Shown piece by piece: positions 15,885 to 24,267 of a stretch of DNA of 29,716 bases. The stretch is taken from positions 1 to 29,716 of IMG/VR virus record IMGVR_UViG_3300032330_000381; one strand, given 5' to 3'. The stretch comes from a virus. Lineage: Duplodnaviria > Caudoviricetes. The number at the start of each line of letters is the position of its first letter. Positions within the stretch are counted from its first letter, which is position 1. A program made the position numbers and the translations under genes. The notes under the pieces are model-generated. The model was not told the origin of the DNA, searched no databases, and worked only from the letters and a program-made list of their open reading frames with translations.

Positions 15885-16258
15885 TTGCCATCTCCAAACA
15901 GTTTGCCAAATGGTGTTTGATTGAAATCTTCTTTGGCCCAGTGTCTGCGAAGATTCTGTTCCATTTTTTTGATATCTGGATATTCAGCAACAATGACGGG
16001 TTCACAGTCTGCATTTAGGATCTCATGATTATAGCGACCATAACTGCGTTTTTGTTTTAGGCCTGTGACCACAAAGCCACGATCTGGATTGGTAATGACT
16101 TCTGCCCAAAGTTCAAAGTTCTGCATAGACGCATCTATGTATGAACGATATTCCTCACGGGTTTCTATGTCTAATAGTGTAAGTGTGATCATTTCAGCAC
16201 CTGATTTTTTGCTGGTGCCAAATTCTTGATTAGTGATAGCGTAATATGATTGTGCCAT
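15881..16258 (-). CDS. Hypothetical protein coupled to the polymerase (possible OB-fold/ssDNA-binding)
   Basis: GGAGGA SD; ATGA overlap with the polymerase start; beta-rich with aromatic residues. The fold is a guess. Confidence 0.7.
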   Translation of the reverse strand: MAQSYYAITNQEFGTSKKSGAEMITLTLLDIETREEYRSYIDASMQNFELWAEVITNPDRGFVVTGLKQKRSYGRYNHEILNADCEPVIVAEYPDIKKMEQNLRRHWAKEDFNQTPFGKLFGDGK

Positions 16259-16278
16259 TCTTAATTCCTCCTGTGCAG

Positions 16279-16292
16279 TATTTATTATAACA
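16279..16292 (-). promoter_or_regulatory. Overlapping extended -10 (TGTTATAAT) and TAAATA box for the replication operon
   Basis: Minus strand TGTTATAATAAATA ending 20 nt upstream of ATG 16258. Confidence 0.65.
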
Positions 16293-16305
16293 GAAAGAAT
16301 TCATG

Positions 16306-16452
16306 AAAAAAAGCGATTGACTTGCCAATCAAGGCGAAGCCCCAACGGATAGGGGCTTCTAACAGAGTTGAACAGCCTTTGATTCCAATGGCAATAGGAA
16401 TCATCTAAGGATCAAGCAAACTATTCCAGGAAGAATATTTTAAACTCTGCTA
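16306..16452 (-). ncRNA. Candidate structured small RNA with terminator
   Basis: TAAATA at 16457-16462 upstream; outer stem AGCAGAGUU/AACUCUGUU; two inner hairpins; GAAGCCCC/GGGGCUUC hairpin; final hairpin plus U7. G-U pairs all favour the minus strand. Confidence 0.55.
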
Positions 16453-16455
16453 CTG

Positions 16456-16926
16456 CTATTTATCTGATGGTGTTTTAGTCAGTTTATTTCTGACCGAAAA
16501 CTGATGCTTGGCCCAATTTAGAAATATCTGACAAGCAGGACCCTGTTTGATATCAAAAACACCTGTTTCTGGATTTTGATAAAAGCCACAGTTTTTACAA
16601 TGCACTCTACGGTGTGCCACATGACCAGGAGTGGCCTTGTAAAACTTTATTTCTTTGCGGCAGCCTTTTTCGCAGGTTTTGCCACAGTCTTCGCAGGTGG
16701 TGTTTTGGATTTTAACACGGGTAAGTTCTGGAGCCATTGTTGGATTGATGCCATTAAACAGGTCCAGGAAAATTTCTTGATGTTCATCTTGATACTGCTC
16801 CTCTTTGGTTGGACGCCCACGACCTCTTAGGGCCTTTTGGGCTAATTTCATATCTGTGTCTGTGAGCTTGGGTATCTGCCATTCTGCCACTTGACTTAAT
16901 TTTTCTTTGTATAGGTCTTTGTCCAT
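16456..16926 (-). CDS. Putative DNA-binding protein with AT-hook-like motif and Cys4 zinc ribbon
   Basis: RGRGRP; CEDC...CKNC; TATAAT (16933-16938) lies 6 nt before the ATG with no SD, suggesting a leaderless mRNA. Confidence 0.7.
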   Translation of the reverse strand: MDKDLYKEKLSQVAEWQIPKLTDTDMKLAQKALRGRGRPTKEEQYQDEHQEIFLDLFNGINPTMAPELTRVKIQNTTCEDCGKTCEKGCRKEIKFYKATPGHVAHRRVHCKNCGFYQNPETGVFDIKQGPACQIFLNWAKHQFSVRNKLTKTPSDK

Positions 16927-17000
16927 ACTGTAATTATAAAATTAGAAAAATCTAAGGGGAGAAACAGATCCTAAAACATCATATTTTATTTTTACTGTAT

Positions 17001-17025
17001 AAAAACCCCCTATTTACGGGGGGTT
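17001..17025 (-). terminator. Intrinsic terminator ending the tail operon
   Basis: Minus strand AACCCCC-CGTAAATA-GGGGGTT followed by TTT; the loop itself contains a TAAATA box. Confidence 0.75.
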
Positions 17026-17119
17026 ACAAGGGGCTAATTTGGTGAATTTTTCCTATTAACCCCTGGGTAATACTCTGGGTGCTGGACGGAGTATTATCCT
17101 GGCAAATGCGACGTCTTTT

Positions 17120-17599
17120 TTAAGTTGCTGTGCCTGTTAGCGTTGCACGAGCTGTAATGGCTGCACCTACATTACCAATAGTGGTCATCAATCTAACAAT
17201 CTTCCAAGCAGTGCCATTATAAACACCAAGACAGGGACGACCAGCATCACCGTCTACCAAATAGACCACATCGCCTGCTGAAGGTGAAGTAGTTCCTGTA
17301 GTAGTGCCAATGTCAGCAGTATATAGGTTGGCCAATCTAAGAACATTCTGTAGTGAAACAATGCCAGTGGTAGGCTGTAACTGTAGGTTACCACTCATGG
17401 TCAAACTATTGGGTAGATATGACGCAGATACTTTACCACTGCCATTTAATACTGCCACACCATTGGCAGCATTTACACTGGCCACCAATTGGTTAAATGC
17501 TGTGATTAAATCATAGATATCAACACGAGCCAAACTGGGATCGTCGTCTGGGCTATCTACATTAGTTGTTGGTATTACGGTTCCTGTTGGAAATGTCAT
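17120..17599 (-). CDS. Tail tip or fibre-associated structural protein
   Basis: DSPDDDPSLAR N-terminus, ANGVAVLNGSGKV fibre motif, GDVVYL...VYNGTAWK module; last gene of the tail operon. Confidence 0.65.
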   Translation of the reverse strand: MTFPTGTVIPTTNVDSPDDDPSLARVDIYDLITAFNQLVASVNAANGVAVLNGSGKVSASYLPNSLTMSGNLQLQPTTGIVSLQNVLRLANLYTADIGTTTGTTSPSAGDVVYLVDGDAGRPCLGVYNGTAWKIVRLMTTIGNVGAAITARATLTGTAT

Positions 17600-17625
17600 T
17601 TTCTGTCCTCTTGATATTTATTGTT

Positions 17626-18459
17626 TTAGGCTATAACCAGTAAATTACCGCCAATCATTGCCTGTCTTGGTAGGGCAGTAATCGATATGTCAACTATGCC
17701 ATCCTTTAAATCATTGTCTATACCACGAAGTGCAAAACTTGGTGTAGTTGCACCTGAAAAATAACCAGAGGCAATGTAGTCATCAACAAAATAACTGTCA
17801 GATACTGCATCATCTTTGCTGACAATAATTGGTATGAGTAAATTACTGGTAGCAGTATCACTGACATAGAGATTCACTGGATAGGCAGTGGGCGCCTGTG
17901 CTGAGATTTTGATATCTAATATCTTGCTCACTGGCTGTGGCAATGGTATAATTCTGGCAGCAGATGAACCTAATAGTGTAGATGAATTTATATTATACAA
18001 TGAATAGGTTTTGGTTTCATTGCTGGTGGTAATCTGCATACGACGTAATTCTGCACCTGTAACACGAGCAGTGACATAGACATAACGACCATAGAATGCT
18101 GTGATGTCATAGTTGCCATTTTGTATCAGTGTTTCTGTTTCTTCACCTGCAAATTGACCTGTTTCACTGACGTGTATAAGAAATTCACAGTCGCCATCAA
18201 ATTCGGCAGCAATGGCTATGGTAAACCAACGAATCTCACCAATGTCTATAACAGGTGCTGTCCATATGATTGGAGACCTCTGTGTGACATAACTGGTAAA
18301 GGTTGCCCATGATGTTCTGCCACCCCAACGACCAGTGCCCTGTGCTTTGACTGTGCCAGAAGTTTCATCAAGAATACCATCACGCATGGGACTAAACCCT
18401 GCACGAATTGTCATGGTTGCTTGACTGGTTAAGGCTGCGGCTCCTGTTTTTGTTGTCAT
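17626..18459 (-). CDS. Tail-tip accessory structural protein
   Basis: Beta-rich 277-aa ORF directly after the tail tip gene; AGGA SD. Confidence 0.6.
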   Translation of the reverse strand: MTTKTGAAALTSQATMTIRAGFSPMRDGILDETSGTVKAQGTGRWGGRTSWATFTSYVTQRSPIIWTAPVIDIGEIRWFTIAIAAEFDGDCEFLIHVSETGQFAGEETETLIQNGNYDITAFYGRYVYVTARVTGAELRRMQITTSNETKTYSLYNINSSTLLGSSAARIIPLPQPVSKILDIKISAQAPTAYPVNLYVSDTATSNLLIPIIVSKDDAVSDSYFVDDYIASGYFSGATTPSFALRGIDNDLKDGIVDISITALPRQAMIGGNLLVIA

Positions 18460-18468
18460 GCTCTATCC

Positions 18469-21400
18469 TTAATAAACTGTGTCGCCATTGCTGGGTGACT
18501 GCAATACATTATTCATTGTGGTATAATTCGAACTTCTTGGAATACCTGCAGGATATTCAAGTCCAGGTGTAAAGGCCACATTCAATTTATCTATGCTGGT
18601 AGCAGTAATGGCTTCATTGATATTTCTATAGTATCCAGCAGTATAACTGTTTAATGTGCTGAGTGATACTACATCGTCTTTGACCACCAATCCAGCAGTG
18701 ATACCATCAACTTCACTGACATAATCAGTCTGACTGGTAAAGCCAGCAGTGTAAAAGTCTTTTAATCTTAGACCCTGTGTTTCTTCTGTGCCAGATGTGG
18801 CCAATACAAATATAAATTCAACCCATTTAGTAGCACCTGCACCCATGCCATTGTTGCCTACTCCATGATATGGGTAAACATCTGATATACCATAGACTTC
18901 AGATGTGCTGACATAGAATTTAGCAGGACTCGGACCATAGTAACTCTTTAATAGAGTTTTACCAGCAACCACTTCATAGTTCTGTGTAAACACTTCTGGA
19001 GATATTGGACCACGCACATTCAGGATCTTAAATCCAGCGGCATCTGTGGACAATGATGAAAGTGCGATTGATTTCTTTTCCCAAGGTCCCAATCCCCAAT
19101 AACGAGCAAAAGAAGTTACTGTGGTTTTAGTGGCAGCATAGGCATCATAGACACGTCTATAGACCACAATGTGTGTGCTGGAACTATTAGGTTGAAACTG
19201 TAATTGATAGTAGGCATTCAAATAATTGGTAACACCATTATTGCCTGTGTAGACATCACCTTGATAACTGCCATAGTTACTGGTTGGACCACTTGCATAT
19301 GGTTTGACCTGTTTCTTGATCCATGCACGAGGATTTGGTGTAGGTGTTGCAGGGAATGAAGTTTTTAAATTGCCTAAGGCCAATGTGGTATCAATGATGG
19401 CAAAGTTAAATGCATCTACGCTATTGGTGCCACTGCTGACCCCCATTGGTATAAGTGTTTTAGAATATAAACTCTTAACACAGTCTGTGGTTACACCGCT
19501 AAGACTGTATTGTGCTGTAATTACCCATTCATATCTTGAGCCATGTTTGTATGTGCCACCTTCGATAGTGACCACTGGATCTACAGTGCCTCCACCTACT
19601 ACAATTTCTGTATAGGCAGGAGTAGTGCCTGGAACAATTTCTCTATATTTGATTTTATAACCACGGAACTTACTGAGATAGGCAGTAGGTGATTTAAAAT
19701 AGAAGATTAATTTTGATATTGTTGGGTTGGCCACAATCTGTGTGACCACAGGTTCAATGGTGCTGCCTGATGTAACTGCCTTATTGGGATCATTGTCTAC
19801 TGTTAAAAGTGTAAAGCCTGCGGGAATATCCAATGATTTAAACTGTCCTACTGTATTTGTAGCAGTGGTTCCAAATGCTGTGAATGCGTTTAGACCATTA
19901 TACTTTTCTACAGGCACAACACCAGGACCCATTTGTTTCTTGGCAGTGGTATTGTCGGTATAGGTCAATCTCACAAGGAATTCATACTGCTGTGCGGCAT
20001 CATTGACAGCACCTGGATAACCTCTTGTGCCAAAGTCACCTGCTAAATCAAAGGTAGCCTGTTGTAGTGCAGAAATGCCTTTGTCGCTGAATTTGAAAGA
20101 TTCATAACTCCAATAGGTATCACCTTTGAATCTGTAGTAGACTGTGAATCCCATAATGCCAGAGTTAAATATCATTGATGAATCACATTGTTGAATAGTC
20201 ACTGACATTCTGCGTGGTTCTTGTGGAACACCACCACTTAACAATGGTTGGATAGTTAGATAACTGATTGAATCATTGTAAACAGGAGCAGGTGGAGCTT
20301 CTGTTGCTGGCAATGTCCATCCAGCACCACCTTGAACTGGCCCTGCTGTGCCAGTGCCTACAATATTACCTGTGGTTTGATTCTGTGCTAATTGGAATGA
20401 ACCCTGTGTGACAAAATCAGATGGTCTACCATCTGTGGCAAAGCATCTAATAAAATATTCATATGGAGTAAAATATAAAGCACTAAGTCCTCTGATGGTC
20501 ACAGGAATATCACCACCTGCACCTGGCTTGGTGGTTATTTCAATAGGCACCCAAGATGATTGTCTATTACTGCGCCACCAGAAAGTAGCACGATCATAAA
20601 GTCCATCTGATGGTTGTGTAAACACAAGATCAAAGTCTGCTGAATTTCTTACGGTATCCACTGTGGCTCTGGTGCTCTTTAGAGTCAATACCGCAGTAAA
20701 TGGTGCAGGCTTCGGAGCTGGTGTTGCAGGATTATTAGTTGGTGGAACTGGCACAGTAGGATCAGAAGTGGTTGGACCAGCAGATCCACCATTAGGTGTG
20801 CCACCACCAACACCACCACCAGTAGATCCATTAGGATCAGTTGGATATGGATTAGTTGGTAAAGGTGTTACTGGAGTTGTGCTTGGGGGGAACACAGCAT
20901 TGATTGGAGGAACAAGACCCAATGGCACAAGATTATCACTGGATGGATAATAGATTATTGAACCCTTAGGTATGTAGGTAGGCAATACCACATCTTCTTC
21001 ACCAACACGAGTGTAGGGATAGATGTCATCTGGATTACGCACACAGCCAAGATCCACTGTCATATCATCATTGACTTTAAATGATACAATTCTCCATGGA
21101 TCTGTGCCAAAATTCAAGATATTTGACTGTATTCTGATGCAATCTCCAGGCTCAAGTTCTAAGGCCTTAGAAGTCACTGTCATGGTCACAGATTCTTGTC
21201 TACGACTCTTATTGAATAACAGTCTTGCCATATCTTTGGCAATGGCATAGTTGGTGATACCTGCAAAGGTCACTTCCTGTTTGTTTTCTCTGCCACCATC
21301 TTTGTCAATATAAATCTGACGTTCTGCTTCTGTTTCTGGATAGACAACCTGTTGATTTGAAAATTTCTGATCTGGATCAACATAGGTCACAGACACTTGA

Positions 21401-22575
21401 TTATATTTTGATGAACGCTCGATACCATTGTAGGTCACATCACTGACAATATCATCTTTGGTAAAGGTCTGAACAATAGTTGCTGAACCACTTAGGATAT
21501 CTGTGTCATTGCCTGCATCCTCAATACGCAGTTTATACTTGCCTTGAACATAGGGCATATAAGCACGAAAGTTCATCAGCATATTTTTTGTATTGGCCAT
21601 TAGAGTCTGTGTGGTATCAACCACATAGTTCATGGTCAATATAGGACCTTGGATACTTTGGTTTGCCAAATAGGTCACTGTTTGATTACATTTACGACTG
21701 CTCTGTTTCCATGTGGTCCAATCAATATCATTGTTGGTTAGGCCTTTACCGTAGCGAGGATTTCTTAGATAGTCAAGTAATATTTCTGCTGGATTAGTAG
21801 AATAGCGAACAATGTTGCTGTCATAGGGCACTGTTTCTGTAGAGTCAACCAATAGACTGGCCACACGCTTGCCTAACATGGCCACTTGAACTTCTGGAAT
21901 GCCACCATTGAAGGGATTGGCATCAGAATCGGCCTGTGTTTTAATTTCTTTCCACTCATAACGAGCAAACAACACAGCCAACCCATTGTAGTTCATGTTG
22001 GAAGTAAAACTTGGTGCTTCAGAAAAGATACCATTCTTAACAGTTGAACCTACAGTGGATGATCTTGGATTGGTATAATAGATTCCAGGGAACCATTGCA
22101 GTTGCACACGGTCTTTGTAACGATCTGCATTGATAGTGATTTGCTGACCAGCATTCAATGAGCCTACTTGATCAACAGGCAATAGCCAATCATCAATGTA
22201 GACTTCACGAAGACCTTCTACTACACCTTCACTAAACACATAGGCCACATAGAGATATTTGTTATTGGTAGAACCTGTTTCAGCAAATGTAATTGCACCA
22301 CCAACTTTACGATAACCATAGACCACAGGAATTGTAGAAACTGAACCTGTTCTTTGAACTAATATACCCTGTTGACGTTCTGCTTCACCCGCACCTGCTG
22401 TTTGATCTGGAACTCCAAGAGCTCCCATAAATGGCTGTAGAACAAAGTCAAGAACTGTGTTGACAACCTTTTCACCAACCTTGGTCGCACCAAGACCAGC
22501 ACCAATTACAGCACCTACTGGGCCTCCAACAAAGAAGCCAACTACACCACCAAGTATCGCACCAAGCCAACCCAT
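18469..22575 (-). CDS. Tail tip / central fibre protein (lambda gpJ-like)
   Basis: IPVVYGYRKVGG, FSEGVVEG, STNPAEILLDYLRNPRYGKG and LELEPGDCI motifs; Pro/Gly-rich linker, then FN3-like segments (FKSP...FRGYKIKYRE). Confidence 0.9.
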   Translation of the reverse strand: MGWLGAILGGVVGFFVGGPVGAVIGAGLGATKVGEKVVNTVLDFVLQPFMGALGVPDQTAGAGEAERQQGILVQRTGSVSTIPVVYGYRKVGGAITFAETGSTNNKYLYVAYVFSEGVVEGLREVYIDDWLLPVDQVGSLNAGQQITINADRYKDRVQLQWFPGIYYTNPRSSTVGSTVKNGIFSEAPSFTSNMNYNGLAVLFARYEWKEIKTQADSDANPFNGGIPEVQVAMLGKRVASLLVDSTETVPYDSNIVRYSTNPAEILLDYLRNPRYGKGLTNNDIDWTTWKQSSRKCNQTVTYLANQSIQGPILTMNYVVDTTQTLMANTKNMLMNFRAYMPYVQGKYKLRIEDAGNDTDILSGSATIVQTFTKDDIVSDVTYNGIERSSKYNQVSVTYVDPDQKFSNQQVVYPETEAERQIYIDKDGGRENKQEVTFAGITNYAIAKDMARLLFNKSRRQESVTMTVTSKALELEPGDCIRIQSNILNFGTDPWRIVSFKVNDDMTVDLGCVRNPDDIYPYTRVGEEDVVLPTYIPKGSIIYYPSSDNLVPLGLVPPINAVFPPSTTPVTPLPTNPYPTDPNGSTGGGVGGGTPNGGSAGPTTSDPTVPVPPTNNPATPAPKPAPFTAVLTLKSTRATVDTVRNSADFDLVFTQPSDGLYDRATFWWRSNRQSSWVPIEITTKPGAGGDIPVTIRGLSALYFTPYEYFIRCFATDGRPSDFVTQGSFQLAQNQTTGNIVGTGTAGPVQGGAGWTLPATEAPPAPVYNDSISYLTIQPLLSGGVPQEPRRMSVTIQQCDSSMIFNSGIMGFTVYYRFKGDTYWSYESFKFSDKGISALQQATFDLAGDFGTRGYPGAVNDAAQQYEFLVRLTYTDNTTAKKQMGPGVVPVEKYNGLNAFTAFGTTATNTVGQFKSLDIPAGFTLLTVDNDPNKAVTSGSTIEPVVTQIVANPTISKLIFYFKSPTAYLSKFRGYKIKYREIVPGTTPAYTEIVVGGGTVDPVVTIEGGTYKHGSRYEWVITAQYSLSGVTTDCVKSLYSKTLIPMGVSSGTNSVDAFNFAIIDTTLALGNLKTSFPATPTPNPRAWIKKQVKPYASGPTSNYGSYQGDVYTGNNGVTNYLNAYYQLQFQPNSSSTHIVVYRRVYDAYAATKTTVTSFARYWGLGPWEKKSIALSSLSTDAAGFKILNVRGPISPEVFTQNYEVVAGKTLLKSYYGPSPAKFYVSTSEVYGISDVYPYHGVGNNGMGAGATKWVEFIFVLATSGTEETQGLRLKDFYTAGFTSQTDYVSEVDGITAGLVVKDDVVSLSTLNSYTAGYYRNINEAITATSIDKLNVAFTPGLEYPAGIPRSSNYTTMNNVLQSPSNGDTVY

Positions 22576-23027
22576 TATTGGATCTCCTTGTTCATAATTG
22601 TCACTGGCATTCTATTATAGCCCAGTTGATCATAGACATCGCTGAGTCTTGTAAGATTACGACCAATGTCTAAAACACGAACAGCACGAGCACGAATATT
22701 TTTGGCCCATGCTTCAAATTCCTGTATTAGATGTTCATAGTTGTCAATGTTGTTATGGCTGTCTATTAGATAGCAGAATTGAATAGTAGCAAAGAAATCT
22801 GTGTCAACTGGATCTTCAGAAGCAAAGCCTCCAATGACTCCCACAGGTCTTTGGCCATCAAGAGCAATACGGAAAAATAAATTAGGACGGATATTGTATT
22901 CTCTTATGGTATTGAGAACCTTGTTTTCGTCATAGGTATCTTCTGAAATATCTGCGGCTTCACGATAATAATTGAATAGTGTAACCACTGAATCAATTTC
23001 ATCTGTTCTCATTGTTCTTACAATCAT
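22575..23027 (-). CDS. GNAT-fold protein in the tail module
   Basis: MIVRTMRTDEID, VGVIGG, LIQEFEAWAK and VYDQLGY match the GNAT pattern; the acetyl-CoA-binding glycine loop looks degenerate (HNNIDNY). Confidence 0.7.
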   Translation of the reverse strand: MIVRTMRTDEIDSVVTLFNYYREAADISEDTYDENKVLNTIREYNIRPNLFFRIALDGQRPVGVIGGFASEDPVDTDFFATIQFCYLIDSHNNIDNYEHLIQEFEAWAKNIRARAVRVLDIGRNLTRLSDVYDQLGYNRMPVTIMNKEIQ

Positions 23028-23028
23028 A

Positions 23029-23652
23029 TTATAGTCGACCCCATTTAACTTCTGTTTGTCCTACCCAACCTGCTTTTTCCATACAGGTATCTGAACTGTC
23101 ACCTTGGAATAACCAGTTGCTCCAATTGTTGGTCTTGCGTCCTGCTGTTCTTTCAAAGTCTGCAAATAGACTACTGCAATCAATGGATATTGAACATGAT
23201 TTGGTAGTTTCTGCTACTGTAAAATTATAGATAGTGCCATCATACATCAGTATTGGAGTTGCCACCTGTGCCAATGGTCCTGTTCCACTTGATCCAAATG
23301 ATAGAAATGCCTTATAGATGGCCACACGCTTGCCTTCAATTTCCCAATTGATAAACTTACTTAGATAATCATTATTGATGGCGCTGAGATTAATGGTAAA
23401 CTTACCAACCTTGACATCAAAGTCTTCACTCATACCACTAAAGCCAATAAAGTTACCCTGAGCTGTGTAGGTATTGGTGCCTGCATTTGGTGCAGTAGGA
23501 CTATCAAAGGAAATGTCGAATCCTCCACTGCAGAGATATAATGCTTGGTTTGCTCCCGAGGCGTCTTTTAGATGCAGTTCAACACAATCAACCGCAATGG
23601 TATGATCACGATAGTATTCATCTTTGTTGGCTGTATATGCAAATGATTTCAT
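23029..23652 (-). CDS. Baseplate hub-like protein (DUF2163-like)
   Basis: Position after Dit; TYTAQGNFIGFSGMSE, SSLFADFERTAGRKTN and terminal EVKWGR patterns. Confidence 0.7.
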   Translation of the reverse strand: MKSFAYTANKDEYYRDHTIAVDCVELHLKDASGANQALYLCSGGFDISFDSPTAPNAGTNTYTAQGNFIGFSGMSEDFDVKVGKFTINLSAINNDYLSKFINWEIEGKRVAIYKAFLSFGSSGTGPLAQVATPILMYDGTIYNFTVAETTKSCSISIDCSSLFADFERTAGRKTNNWSNWLFQGDSSDTCMEKAGWVGQTEVKWGRL

Positions 23653-24267
23653 TTACCAAACTTCTCTCATAGACAGGCTCATTGATGTTATGCCACCATA
23701 GCCAATGTCAAAACTCTGTGCTTCATCTACAAGAATGGCAGTAAATGGCACTGCGGTAATGGTCAATTGCGTAGAACTTGGAACTGCCGCAACCAATGGT
23801 CCACTAAAGTATAGTGTGGCTACGCCTGATCCGTTGCTCACGCAAGGGCTTACACATTGATAGACTTTGGTTTGGTTATTGAATTTAAAAAAATCACCTG
23901 CAGCCAGGACATTCTTGTTATTGCCACAGCCTGATAGTGTTACACTGATTGATCCTATGGCAGCGGCAGCAGATGTCTGTGGTGTTGATGATGTTTGGTC
24001 AGTGTATTTGGAATAACTGACCTTGGGCAATACGATTTCAAATGAAAATTGATTGCCAAAACATTGTGCAACATATCCTTGAACTGTGCCTGCCTGTAGT
24101 GGAGTTAGATTGGGATACTTTACTTCCCATGAATAATAACTAACTCCAACACCAATACGACGAATCTTGCCACTCATGGTTGTAGTGGTCTGACTGGGAG
24201 TATTGACTTTTAGATTTACACTCTCAAAACTTGGTGATGCTGGAAACTGTGTGGCGAGATCAGCCAT
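23653..24267 (-). CDS. Distal tail protein (Dit-like)
   Basis: Directly after the tape measure gene; TTMSGKIRR...WEVKYPNLT...LAAGDFFKF...KVY pattern. Confidence 0.75.
   Translation of the reverse strand: MADLATQFPASPSFESVNLKVNTPSQTTTTMSGKIRRIGVGVSYYSWEVKYPNLTPLQAGTVQGYVAQCFGNQFSFEIVLPKVSYSKYTDQTSSTPQTSAAAAIGSISVTLSGCGNNKNVLAAGDFFKFNNQTKVYQCVSPCVSNGSGVATLYFSGPLVAAVPSSTQLTITAVPFTAILVDEAQSFDIGYGGITSMSLSMREVW

Noticed and set aside
16306-16452. Structured intergenic region as a tRNA
   Set aside because: I see no T-loop GTTCRA, D-loop or cloverleaf spacing.
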